Source of the DNA: an uncultured Chloroflexia bacterium
Lineage (GTDB): Bacteria > Chloroflexota > Anaerolineae > Anaerolineales > UBA4823
DNA: 64,000 bases
Assembly (NCBI GenBank): GCA_963743215.1
Contig: CAVUOY010000007.1
Location: forward strand, 121,019-185,018
Reading direction: 5' to 3'
Both the position numbers and the translations under genes were made by a program. Under the pieces are notes generated by a model. That model searched no databases. It had not been told where the DNA came from and saw only the letters and a program-made list of their open reading frames with translations. Positions 17,468 through 27,259 of the stretch are shown here, piece after piece (the stretch's first letter is position 1; the number at the start of each line of letters is the position of its first letter).

Positions 17468-18163
17468 GTGTTAGAATCCATTGGATTAATCGGAACAAAT
17501 CAACCCGAATGCGTATTTACCCCTATGACTTCACATGAGTTCACTCCTGGCGTCTATATCACGCGTGTGATGAATACCTGGTGGCTGGTCCTGCTTGCCA
17601 CCTTCCTGGGCGGTCTTTTCGGGTTCATCTTCTTTCACCTGCACCCGCCGGTCTATGAAGCCACTGCCTCTTATTTCGTCACGCTTGACTTAAGCCGGTT
17701 CCCCATCCAGGGTGTCAGGGAAGATTTGATTCAATACAACGAAGATATGGCTTTGAACACTACCGAGGGTGCCTTGGTTTCGATGGAAGTACTTAATCGT
17801 GTCATCCTCCAGGTAAAGGATATCGGGCAAACTCTAACCGTCAAGGATTTGCTGGATGACAGCACGATCGAGCGCAAACATGATATCTGGGAGCTTCGCT
17901 ATCGCAACCAGGATCCAGTAATTGCCCAGTCGATCGTCAACATCTGGGCGCAGGTTGGCTATCAGGCGATGCTCTCCTGGCAAATCACAGGTTTGGCTCC
18001 TGAATATGTAGTCTTTCAATCCCCCACACTGGCACTCGTCCCACAACAACCCGTGCTATATGGGCGCAACAACCTGATGCTTGCAGGAGCATTGATTGGC
18101 TTCATCATTGGTATCATCTTCTCCAGCCTGATTCGCCGTAAAACAATAGAACCAGTTCAGTAG
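17468..18163 (+). CDS. Wzz-like polysaccharide chain-length determinant family protein (start uncertain)
   Basis: N-terminal TM followed by PPVYEATASYFV, C-terminal TM LMLAGALIGFIIGIIFSSLIRRK, the two-TM layout of Wzz-type proteins; alternative starts at 17525 or 17570. Confidence 0.45.
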   Translation: MLESIGLIGTNQPECVFTPMTSHEFTPGVYITRVMNTWWLVLLATFLGGLFGFIFFHLHPPVYEATASYFVTLDLSRFPIQGVREDLIQYNEDMALNTTEGALVSMEVLNRVILQVKDIGQTLTVKDLLDDSTIERKHDIWELRYRNQDPVIAQSIVNIWAQVGYQAMLSWQITGLAPEYVVFQSPTLALVPQQPVLYGRNNLMLAGALIGFIIGIIFSSLIRRKTIEPVQ

Positions 18164-18221
18164 CAATCAATTGTAATTTGATGATAAGCGAACTCTCGGT
18201 AATGCGTTCTAGGATGGATAT

Positions 18222-19766
18222 GTGATGTCTAGCACTTCAAGTAGATTCTCCATGCGCCTGGAACGGGTAGGCGAGATCATTTGGGCAATAGCTTTGATCT
18301 GCCTGCCATTAACCTCCTTTCCAATCTTTTCGTCAATTTCAGGGGCTATCGTTGCGCCTTTCTCCATTCTGCCTATCTTCATTCTGCTCATAATCTGGTC
18401 GATACCGCTGGTTATCCGCAAAGGTGAGCTCCCGAAGGAAACCATTCCTCTGGTTATCTTTACCTTTGCAATCATCATTTCATGCGCGTCTGCATATTTC
18501 TTCTTCATCCCTGGCTTTAAAGGCAAAACAGTCCCAGGGCAGGAATTGAGAGCCCTGTTCACCCTCGCAGTCGGACTCTCCTTTTATCTCACCACAATCA
18601 CCTGGGTAAAAACAACCGGTAAATTACATAACACCTGGAAATACATCACCATTGGTGGCATCCTTTCGCTCCTCTGGACTGGCCTCCAGGTTTTTTATAT
18701 CCTCAGAGGTGCGGAGCAATACCCCTCCTGGATGAACCTGATCCAATCCTGGTTGGCTGTCCTCTCGCCTCAATATTCTCCTCGCTATGGCAGAGTCAAC
18801 GGGTTGACTTACGAAGCTTCATGGTTTGCCCACCAGATGGTCATGTTGTATCTGCCTCTGTGGCTGGCAGCCTCCTACCATAAAACCTCTGCCTTTGCGT
18901 TTAGGGTTTTCCATATCTCTGTTGAAAATATCTTGCTTGTTTTTGGTTTAACCGCTTTTTTCCTTAGTTCACCCCGCATCGGATTGGTTTCCTTGCTCTT
19001 GATGATCATTTTTCTCTTCTTCAGGTTAAACCTATCCATTCACCGCAAATTCGTGGAGTATGTGGCCAGAAAGCAAAGTGTCCTCCTACGCAGGTCATCG
19101 CCGGTACGCAAGACCTCTATTCGAGTATTTGCCAGCTTGTCCATTGGATTAATTTATGCCCTTGTGTTGGCAGGGGTATTCTTCTTCGCGGTTCAGCGTG
19201 ATTGGCGCCTCAACATCCTGGTCAACGATCCTCCTACGCTGAAGGAAATCGTTGGCGTTCTGACCCTGGATCAAAACACCATTTTGACCCTCAGTCACCG
19301 CTTTATCTTTTTAGAGCGCACAGTCTATTGGTTCAGCGGGTGGAATGTCTTCAACCAATACCCCTGGCTGGGAGTTGGACTGGGAAATGCAGGATTTTTC
19401 TTCCCCAAACTGGCTCCTGCCATTGGTTGGGCAAGCTTCGAAATCCGTAATGTGCTTTTTTACCTCACCCAGCTACCTAATGTAAAAAGCTTTTGGTTTC
19501 GTCTACTGGCAGAGACGGGTCTGGTCGGTTTTTCAATTTTTATCACGTGGCTTTATGTCTTGTTTCAGTCTTCTAAGTTTTCACAGCATAATCCAAGTCG
19601 CACGATCAAGACCTTTGCGCTTGCTGGGCAGCTTGCATTGCTGGCGTTCATTGGGGAGGGTTTAAGTATCGACTCTTTTGCCATGCCGTATTTGTGGGTG
19701 ATTACTGGCTTGATTGCTGCGATTGCCATGATTCATCGGCATGAAAATACCTCATTAATCGATTAA
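18222..19766 (+). CDS. O-antigen ligase/polymerase-like (Wzy_C-type) polytopic membrane protein
   Basis: About 12 TM helices; WFSGWNVFNQYPWLGVGLGNAGFF loop typical of O-antigen ligase family. Confidence 0.6.
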   Translation: MMSSTSSRFSMRLERVGEIIWAIALICLPLTSFPIFSSISGAIVAPFSILPIFILLIIWSIPLVIRKGELPKETIPLVIFTFAIIISCASAYFFFIPGFKGKTVPGQELRALFTLAVGLSFYLTTITWVKTTGKLHNTWKYITIGGILSLLWTGLQVFYILRGAEQYPSWMNLIQSWLAVLSPQYSPRYGRVNGLTYEASWFAHQMVMLYLPLWLAASYHKTSAFAFRVFHISVENILLVFGLTAFFLSSPRIGLVSLLLMIIFLFFRLNLSIHRKFVEYVARKQSVLLRRSSPVRKTSIRVFASLSIGLIYALVLAGVFFFAVQRDWRLNILVNDPPTLKEIVGVLTLDQNTILTLSHRFIFLERTVYWFSGWNVFNQYPWLGVGLGNAGFFFPKLAPAIGWASFEIRNVLFYLTQLPNVKSFWFRLLAETGLVGFSIFITWLYVLFQSSKFSQHNPSRTIKTFALAGQLALLAFIGEGLSIDSFAMPYLWVITGLIAAIAMIHRHENTSLID

Positions 19767-19830
19767 ATATACTCCCTATTTTTATTCCCCAATCTAGCTC
19801 GCAGGTTTATTTATCATCTGCCCATCCTTC

Positions 19831-19858
19831 TTGACAATTTGAGAAAAATCTATATACT
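19831..19858 (+). promoter_or_regulatory. putative sigma-70-type promoter of the LacI-family gene
   Basis: TTGACA (19831-19836), 16-nt spacer, TATACT (19853-19858); ATG at 19875. Confidence 0.4.
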
Positions 19859-19874
19859 CTATGTAAGCGCTTTC

Positions 19875-20924
19875 ATGCGATCCACAACGAATTTAATCCG
19901 CCAGACAAGAAATTATCGTCATCCAGCCACGATCTCAGATGTCGCCGCGTTGGCTGGTGTTTCGATTGCGACCGTCAGCCGAGTAATTAATGGCACCACG
20001 CCTGTCGCAGAAATTACCGCCAGCAAGGTCAGGCAGGCGGTTAAATCGCTTAACTTCACCCCTCATTCTGCTGCCCGCATCCTCGCCAGCCGAAAAACGA
20101 ATACCATCGGTCTGATCCTTCCCGAAATCAGCGGTTTCTTTTTTACCCCTTTGCTGCGTGGAATCGAAGAAGGTCTCCGTCGGACTGGCTATGAGCTATT
20201 GGTCCATTCCGCTGTATTTCGTCATGAGCAAGGCGATCCTGTGACAATCAAGCTGGGCGAATACAACACCGATGGATTGCTTATATTTACTGACAGTCTT
20301 GAGGAATCTGAGATATCCCGCTTATATAACCTCGGCTTTCCAATGGTTCTTCTGCACCAAACCCCTCCCGATGGCTTTGATATCCCGTGTGTCACCATTG
20401 AAAATAAAGCGGGTGCAAAAAAACTGGTGGACCATCTTATTGAAGTCCACGGATTTCGAAAGATCGCTTTCCTTACCGGCCCATCGACAGAAGAGGATTC
20501 CAAATGGCGAGAGATGGGCTATCGTGAAGCATTATTCTCCCATAATATACCATTTGACCCTGGATTAATATCCTTGGGGGCTTTCGACGCTGAAATTGCA
20601 CACAGTTCTATCGTCCAATGGCTGAAAAATGGCGTTAATTTCGAAGCATTATTTGCTGGCGATGATGAGGCCGCAACTGGGGCAATAACCGCTTTTACGC
20701 ACGCAGGTATGCATATCCCCGAAGACATCGCCGTGGTCGGATTTGATGATATCTATATCGCCCAATACCTGTCTCCTCCGTTGACAACCATCCATGCACC
20801 CACCGAACAAGTGGGATTTGAGGCCGCCCAGCAATTGCTGCGTCTTATTCGTCAAGAACCAACAGAACCTTTGGTATTGTTACCCACTGAATTAATCATC
20901 CGCCGGTCATGTGGATGCGCATGA
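19875..20924 (+). CDS. LacI-family transcriptional regulator
   Basis: ATISDVAALAGVSIATVSRVINGT HTH, periplasmic-binding-fold C-terminal domain; ORF-track start 19839 lies inside the promoter, so ATG 19875 preferred. Confidence 0.9.
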   Translation: MRSTTNLIRQTRNYRHPATISDVAALAGVSIATVSRVINGTTPVAEITASKVRQAVKSLNFTPHSAARILASRKTNTIGLILPEISGFFFTPLLRGIEEGLRRTGYELLVHSAVFRHEQGDPVTIKLGEYNTDGLLIFTDSLEESEISRLYNLGFPMVLLHQTPPDGFDIPCVTIENKAGAKKLVDHLIEVHGFRKIAFLTGPSTEEDSKWREMGYREALFSHNIPFDPGLISLGAFDAEIAHSSIVQWLKNGVNFEALFAGDDEAATGAITAFTHAGMHIPEDIAVVGFDDIYIAQYLSPPLTTIHAPTEQVGFEAAQQLLRLIRQEPTEPLVLLPTELIIRRSCGCA

Positions 20925-21045
20925 TCTTAAGAGAAGGAGGTGCACGCGCTGAAGAAGACAAATCCCCAAATCGCCATTAAATCTTGCTGTTTTGGGAAAT
21001 CGGATAAATACATAAAACTAACTTTAAAATCAAAGGAGAAATAGG

Positions 21046-22548
21046 ATGAAACGATTGCTTCTTATAATCAATCTGGTATTGATAGGCTCGATGGTAATTG
21101 CTGCCTGTGGAACCCCGACTGCCGAAGTATCCAGCCCGGAAGCTCCAGTAACAACCGCGGAGGTTCCTGCTGCTCCTACAGAACCTGCTGCAGTGGTCAC
21201 CGAAGCCCCGGTACCAACTGAGCCAGTGGTTGAATCAACTGCGTTACCAACAGACCTGCCGCCTGTTGCTGCCGGGAAGGTCCGTGTGACGATCTTCGTC
21301 GGAATGGGTACCGGCACCGACCCTGGACAAATTGATGCAGAGAAAGCTCTGGCAGAAAAATTCAATACAACCCATGAGAAAATCGAAGTCATTTTTCTCA
21401 TCGTTCCGTATGAACAATCTCGAGAAAAACTTCTTGCCATGCTTTCTGGTGGGACTGCACCTCAATTGGTGGGTCCACTTGGAATCGAGAGCACCGGTCA
21501 GTTCCTGGATTCTTGGGAGGATCTTACCCCTTATATCCAACGCGACAGCTATGATACATCCGACTTCTATGGTCCAGCTGCATCCCTCAATACCTATGAG
21601 GGCAAGAATATCGGCCTGCCATTCGGCTTATACCCATCCTTTATTTATTACAACCAGGATGCCTTTGATGCAGCTGGGGTGGATTACCCAACCCATGACT
21701 ACAATGATAAAACTTGGACGATAGACAAACTGCGCGAAATTGCCATGCAGGTGACACTTGATGCTGATGCAAATAATGCCACCTCGCCAGATTTCGACCC
21801 AACCAATATCACCCAATACGGTTTAGACAATTCATGGGATTCTCTCCGTGGATGGGAAGTCCTCTGGAGTCCTGTAAATATGGGTCGCCCGACTAATGCG
21901 GAGTACAAAACTGCTATTGTCAATGATGCAGATTGGGTCGCTGGTCTTCAATGGTATAGCGACGCCATCTGGAAAGATTACTTCATGCCAGATAACTCTG
22001 CCCTAGAAGCACAAGGGGGTGACCTGTTTGCAACTGTGATTGACGCCATGTGGATGAGCAATTCCTGGTACTTGGGACTGGTCCCACCGGATACTTTTAA
22101 ATGGGATATCGCACCCGTGCCTTTCAATGCCAAGGGTGAACGTATCGCCCAGGTTGATGCAGACGTCTTCAGTATGCCAAAAGATGCAAAGAACAAAGAC
22201 GAGGCCTGGGAGGTAATGAAGTGGCTGCTTGAGCCAGAAAACAACCTTGAGCTGTGCAAGGTATATGGATGTATGCCCGCCCGGAAATCCACTGAGACCG
22301 ATTACAAGGCCTATCTGGCAGAAGCATACCCAAATCTCGACCTGGATGTCATGTTCAATGCTACCAATTACCTGGATATTCCCAATCATGAATCCTGGGT
22401 GCCTGAATATGGCAAGGTTAATGATGCCTTGTCTAACGCTCAACAACAAATCCTCACCATCGATCAAGATCACGATGCCGCCTCTGTTTTGAATGCAACC
22501 AACGCGGAGGTCCAGAAGATCCTGGATGAGTATTGGGCGAATCATTAA
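21046..22548 (+). CDS. ABC transporter extracellular solute-binding lipoprotein (carbohydrate type, family 1)
   Basis: Lipobox VIAAC, Ala/Pro/Thr/Glu-rich linker, family-1 SBP-like body; followed by two MalF/MalG-type permeases. Confidence 0.85.
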   Translation: MKRLLLIINLVLIGSMVIAACGTPTAEVSSPEAPVTTAEVPAAPTEPAAVVTEAPVPTEPVVESTALPTDLPPVAAGKVRVTIFVGMGTGTDPGQIDAEKALAEKFNTTHEKIEVIFLIVPYEQSREKLLAMLSGGTAPQLVGPLGIESTGQFLDSWEDLTPYIQRDSYDTSDFYGPAASLNTYEGKNIGLPFGLYPSFIYYNQDAFDAAGVDYPTHDYNDKTWTIDKLREIAMQVTLDADANNATSPDFDPTNITQYGLDNSWDSLRGWEVLWSPVNMGRPTNAEYKTAIVNDADWVAGLQWYSDAIWKDYFMPDNSALEAQGGDLFATVIDAMWMSNSWYLGLVPPDTFKWDIAPVPFNAKGERIAQVDADVFSMPKDAKNKDEAWEVMKWLLEPENNLELCKVYGCMPARKSTETDYKAYLAEAYPNLDLDVMFNATNYLDIPNHESWVPEYGKVNDALSNAQQQILTIDQDHDAASVLNATNAEVQKILDEYWANH

Positions 22549-22566
22549 ATACAAATCAATGTTGCA

Positions 22567-22600
22567 GGGGATAGGGTGTGAGTACCCTATCCCCGCTTTA
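22567..22600 (+). terminator. intercistronic stem-loop after the binding-protein gene (weak U tract)
   Basis: GGGGATAGGGT (22567-22577) / ACCCTATCCCC (22584-22594), then GCTTTATAT. Confidence 0.4.
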
Positions 22601-22628
22601 TATAAATATTCAGTAGGAGAACCCACAT

Positions 22629-23591
22629 ATGAAACCTAATCGCTTTAGCCTCCGCCGGCGGGAAGCACTGACTGGATATTTATTTATCAGCCCATGGATT
22701 CTAGGTTTTCTGATCTTTACCATCGGGCCAATGTTCGCCTCACTATATTATTCATTTACAGATTTTGACATCATAAACCCACCCGTATGGAACAATTTCG
22801 CAAATTATAAAAAGATTTTCTCCGGTATTTTCGAGGCGATAGTTACCCATGACTCAACGAAATTAGGGGATCCGATATTCTGGCAGTCATTAAAAGTAAC
22901 CCTGACGTACGCAGTCATGGCCTTACCTCTTGGGTTGATTGTGGGTTTCTTCCTGGCAGTTTTACTTAACCAGAAAATTGCAGGTGTGAACTTATGGCGA
23001 ACCATCTACTTTCTTCCTTCGGTAATCGCTGGTGTGGCCGTGGCATTATTATGGCAGCGTATCTTTAACCCGCGCACAGGAATTCTGAATGCTATTATTC
23101 TAGAAATTTTTCACGTCAAAGGGCCTGGATGGCTCTCAGATCCACAATGGGCTGTTCCTGCCCTGGTGATCATGGGACTGTGGGGCGTTGGCGGGGGCAT
23201 GATCATCTACCTGGCCGGGTTACAAGGCGTCCCCACCGATTTCTATGATGCTGCCAAAGTGGACGGGGCTAATCTCTACCATAGGTTCATTCATATCACC
23301 TTACCCATGATGACTCCGGTCATTTTCTACAACCTGGTCTTGGGGATGATTGGGACATTCCAGTATTTTACCGAGGTATACGTCATCACCAGCGGAGAGG
23401 GTGGTCCTGTGCGCTCGACGCTGTTCTATAACTTATACCTTTATCAGAATGCCTTCAGATATAACCATATGGGTTACGCTGCCACCATGGCCTGGATTCT
23501 GTTCGTCATTGTCCTTGTTCTCACTCTTCTGGTATTTCGCTCCTCCGATTTATGGGTTTATTATGAAGGAGAATTGAGAGGCAGGGAATAA
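22629..23591 (+). CDS. ABC sugar transporter permease (MalF/UgpA type)
   Basis: Six TM helices, EAA-like loop AAKVDGANLYHRFIHITLPMM. Confidence 0.85.
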   Translation: MKPNRFSLRRREALTGYLFISPWILGFLIFTIGPMFASLYYSFTDFDIINPPVWNNFANYKKIFSGIFEAIVTHDSTKLGDPIFWQSLKVTLTYAVMALPLGLIVGFFLAVLLNQKIAGVNLWRTIYFLPSVIAGVAVALLWQRIFNPRTGILNAIILEIFHVKGPGWLSDPQWAVPALVIMGLWGVGGGMIIYLAGLQGVPTDFYDAAKVDGANLYHRFIHITLPMMTPVIFYNLVLGMIGTFQYFTEVYVITSGEGGPVRSTLFYNLYLYQNAFRYNHMGYAATMAWILFVIVLVLTLLVFRSSDLWVYYEGELRGRE

Positions 23592-23592
23592 T

Positions 23593-24657
23593 ATGGCTGC
23601 CAGAACTCGATCCATATCTATCCGACCATTCGTCATCGGTAACCGGGCTGAAGAATTCGTGATGAAATTGTTTACCAATCTTCTCCTCGCTGTCGGTGCA
23701 ATTGTGATCCTGATCCCCTTTATATCCATGTTATCCACAGCACTAAAAAGCACCAAACAGGCAACCAGTGATCCCCTCTATCTAATTCCACGGACACCAA
23801 TTACCACGGATGTCGACGGGGAGAAATTGCCCCTGTATAAAGTAAATATCGATGGCACTGAACACCAAATGGCGTTATTCAAGAAAGCCCCAGGCAAGAA
23901 GGGCATCTTTATTGATCCTGCAGATCCCGCTCAATCTTACACTCTGCTCCTGGCAGATCAAAAACCCCTTTATAAAATAGAAATTCATTTGGAAAACTTT
24001 CGTGAAGCGCTTACCAGCCAGCCCTTCGGTACCTACTTCCTGAACACAATGATAATTACCCTCCTGGGTGGGTTTGGTATGCTATTATCCTGTACATTCG
24101 TGGCTTACGGCTTTTCACGTTTCCGTGCGCCCGGACTGAATGTGCTTTTCCTGTTACTGCTCTCTACGATCATGCTTCCCAGCCAGGTACGTTTGATCCC
24201 AATCTACGTCCTCTTCCAGAAAATTGGCTGGATCGACACCCTCCTACCGCTGATCGTGCCTGCCTTTTTTGCCAACGCTTATGATGTTTTCATGCTACGT
24301 CAGTTTTTTATGACCATCCCTTTTGAGCTTGATGATCAAGCAAAAATTGATGGGGCTAATCCACTTCAAACCATGTTTTATGTCATGCTGCCTCAGGCAA
24401 GGCCGGCCCTCATTGCTGTGGCAATTTTCCATTTCCTATATGCCTGGAATGATTTCTATGAGCCGCTCATCTTCCTGCATACGCAGGAACATTGGACGAT
24501 GGCAGTCGGTTTGCAGACCTTCAACGCCCTTTACACGAATAACACAAACTTGATCATGGCTGCTTCCATTGTGATGATCATTCCACCCATCCTCCTGTTC
24601 TTCATGGCGCAAAAAGTATTCACCCAGGGTGTGGTATTTCGAGGGTTCAAAGGATAA
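23593..24657 (+). CDS. ABC sugar transporter permease (MalG/UgpE type)
   Basis: QAKIDGANPLQTMFYVMLPQARPAL EAA loop; large first extracytoplasmic loop; alternative start at 23662. Confidence 0.85.
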   Translation: MAARTRSISIRPFVIGNRAEEFVMKLFTNLLLAVGAIVILIPFISMLSTALKSTKQATSDPLYLIPRTPITTDVDGEKLPLYKVNIDGTEHQMALFKKAPGKKGIFIDPADPAQSYTLLLADQKPLYKIEIHLENFREALTSQPFGTYFLNTMIITLLGGFGMLLSCTFVAYGFSRFRAPGLNVLFLLLLSTIMLPSQVRLIPIYVLFQKIGWIDTLLPLIVPAFFANAYDVFMLRQFFMTIPFELDDQAKIDGANPLQTMFYVMLPQARPALIAVAIFHFLYAWNDFYEPLIFLHTQEHWTMAVGLQTFNALYTNNTNLIMAASIVMIIPPILLFFMAQKVFTQGVVFRGFKG

Positions 24658-24784
24658 ACGGGCAAATAAATTGATCTGTTGGGCAAAAGCAATATAATAT
24701 CATTGTCATAACCATGAAGTCCAAGCAATCTGGTAGCTTCTGGCCGCGATTGGTAAAACGACATATGGTTACACCAGAGGAAAA

Positions 24785-25773
24785 ATGAAGATTGCGTTTA
24801 CAGGTGCAGGCTATATTATCAACATCCATGCCCAGGCTGCTGCCCAGCAGCAGGATGTGGAGCTTTTTGCTATTGTTAACCGATCTTCAGAAAAAACTCG
24901 CGGTTTAATGCGAAAGTTCAACATCCAGCATCAGTTCGAGACCGTTGAACAGCTGCTTGCCGCAGGTGGGGTGGATGTGCTGGTGGTTGGCACGCCCAAC
25001 TATTTACACGCTTCGCAGGCTATCACTGCGCTAAAAGCCGGTGTGCATGTGATGGTCGAGAAACCTATGGCGATGAATGCCCAAGAAGCCTGCCAAATGT
25101 TGGCAGCCAGCCGAGAGTCCGGATCTCTTTAATGGTCGCGCATTGCTGGCGCTTCGACCCGGAGGTCTTATGGTTACGCCAGCAAGTTGATACAGGCCGC
25201 CTGGGTAAGATTATCCGCACCAAAGGCTATGGCGTGCATACCCATTGGGGACCCTCGGGTTGGTTCACCGAGAAGAAATACGCCGGTGGTGGAGCCATGG
25301 CCGACGTGGGCATTCATGCATTGGATACCGCCCGGTTTCTGCTTGATGATCCCCAGCCGGAATCCGTATATGCGCGTATCGGCACATATTACACATCTCA
25401 GGATGTGGATGATACCGGCATATTGATCGTCAATTGGGATATTGGTGCGGTATCGTACATTGAGTCGGGCTGGTGGCAGCCTCACGCCGATGGTCCTGAA
25501 GCTGCTACCCAGCTGTATGGGACTGCAGGGTTTGGGCAGATATATCCCACCTATTTACAACAGCAGTCGGAAAAAATCGATCCTGGGTTTCCCTACCCTC
25601 GTACTGACCATGCTCCGCAAAGCCTATACAACGATCAGATGAATTACTTTATCCAATGCATACGCCAAAATCACCAGCCAAACCCAGGTGGACTTGAAGG
25701 GTGGATTAACATGAAGATCATTGATGCAGCCTATAAAAGCTCAACCACAGGTCAGGTCGTTACGGTGGAGTGA
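24785..25773 (+). pseudogene. Gfo/Idh/MocA-family oxidoreductase, split by a 1-nt frameshift at 25128-25132 (pseudogene or sequencing error)
   Basis: ORF 24785-25132 is the NAD-binding Rossmann half (KIAFTGAGYI...VMVEKPMA), ORF 25132-25773 the C-terminal half (VAHCWRFDPE); span is 3n+2. Confidence 0.75.
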
Positions 25774-25776
25774 ACT

Positions 25777-26757
25777 ATGACACCTTTTTATCTGGGTGTT
25801 GATATTGGAGGTACAAAATCGCATGCACTGATTGCTGATGGTGAAGGGAATGCGGTCGGTTTCGGCACTTATGGTCCAGGTAACCACGAAGAAGTAGGGT
25901 ATGAGGGATTGCGCATAGCTCTTCAAACCGTAACCAAAAAAGCCCTGGAGATGGCTGGACTTAATATCGAGCAAATCTCAGCCGCTGGGTTTGGAGTTGC
26001 TGGCTATGATTGGCCTTCCGAACGCCAACCCACGCTGGACGCGATCGAAACGATCGGTCTAAAAGCACCGGTGGAAGCGGTCAATGATACGATCATTGGA
26101 TTATTAGCCGGAGCATCTGAGGATTGGGGAGTTGCCGTTGTGGCGGGCACCGGCACGAATTGTTGGGGCTGGGATAAGGAGCATAACGTCGGCCGGGTGA
26201 CCGGGGTGGGCTATGGCGAACATGGGGGTGCAGGTTCCCTGATTGAGCGTGCATTGTGTTCCATTGCGTATGAATGGACCAAACGCGGGCCTCAAACGCT
26301 GCTCACACCAGAATTCCTCCGCTTGACGGGTGCAAAGGATATTCCGTCACTGATTGAAGGCCTCGAGATGGGCGAGTACCACCTCAATTCCGATTACGCT
26401 CCCGTGGTATTTAAAATCGCCTCTCAGGGAGACCCTGTGGCAATCTCCATCATCGAGTGGGCAGGCAATGAGCTCGGTTCCACCGCACTTGCGGTCATCC
26501 GTCAGCTCGGCATTGAACACTTGGAGTTTGAGGTTGTCCTCGTTGGCAGTCTCTACGAGATGGGTGAAATGCTCATCGCTCCCATGCGCCATGTCATTAT
26601 GTCTGAAGCACCTAATGCCCGCCTGGTACGCCTCTCTTCCCCTCCCGTTGTGGGTGGTGTCTTGTTGGCCATGGAACAGGTTGGAGTAAACCCCTCCCAT
26701 TTTCGTGAGCATTTGATCAAGTCAACCCGAGGGTATATCGACAAATTAATGTCCTAA
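25777..26757 (+). CDS. BadF/BadG/BcrA/BcrD-type ATPase, N-acetylglucosamine-kinase-like sugar kinase
   Basis: FYLGVDIGGTKSHALIAD phosphate-1 motif, AGTGTNCWG, ASKHA-fold layout; last gene of the sugar locus. Confidence 0.7.
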   Translation: MTPFYLGVDIGGTKSHALIADGEGNAVGFGTYGPGNHEEVGYEGLRIALQTVTKKALEMAGLNIEQISAAGFGVAGYDWPSERQPTLDAIETIGLKAPVEAVNDTIIGLLAGASEDWGVAVVAGTGTNCWGWDKEHNVGRVTGVGYGEHGGAGSLIERALCSIAYEWTKRGPQTLLTPEFLRLTGAKDIPSLIEGLEMGEYHLNSDYAPVVFKIASQGDPVAISIIEWAGNELGSTALAVIRQLGIEHLEFEVVLVGSLYEMGEMLIAPMRHVIMSEAPNARLVRLSSPPVVGGVLLAMEQVGVNPSHFREHLIKSTRGYIDKLMS

Positions 26758-26911
26758 TTTATACCCATACTTTTTACACCCCGCTAATAACAACAGTCTC
26801 TTCGGGTGCATTTGGAACCAGGCAAGGGGGTGATGAAGCCATATTAAACAGCATTTCTGTGGCTAAATTGTACACAAGCTTAATTTTTGATGAACATATC
26901 GAATATCATAA

Positions 26912-26940
26912 TTGACAAGCTTGAGTATTGTGAGTATATT
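26912..26940 (+). promoter_or_regulatory. putative sigma-70-type promoter upstream of the duplicated binding-protein gene
   Basis: TTGACA (26912-26917), 17-nt spacer, TATATT (26935-26940); implies a leader of roughly 310 nt. Confidence 0.4.
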
Positions 26941-27259
26941 AACAAGTGAATCCCTTGTCTCTCGGGGTGAATCATATTTAACCAGATTGCACAATAATGT
27001 AAGGAACAAGTCACCACTATTACGATCAAATCACAAGGGCATGTTTCACACAGACGTAAAGGTGTAATGGTGGTGGTCAATGATTCCTAGTTTTTTTAGT
27101 CTGGTCTGAATATCCATAATTAGAAGGTCTGCTACCTGGAGATTCATTGGTACCTTTGAAAGGAGGGAAGTTGAGGGAAATTGATAATCGTAGTAAAGTT
27201 GTAAAGAACCAAATAAAATCTACTAACAAGCTTGTATTAAGATACTAGGAGGAGTAATC

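Noticed and set aside
20925-21045. Imperfect inverted repeat CCCCAAATCG ... TTTTGGGAAATCGG between the LacI gene and the first binding-protein gene, as a possible LacI operator or terminator
   Set aside because: The arms match poorly (about 6 bp). It does not resemble the usual LacI-family palindrome, and there is no U tract. The evidence is insufficient.
26880-27080. 66-aa ORF in the AT-rich spacer before the second ABC locus, and the 99-aa ORF at 45333-45632
   Set aside because: There is no RBS, the composition is atypical, and they overlap the promoter/leader region or the 5' end of a real gene. They are more likely non-coding.
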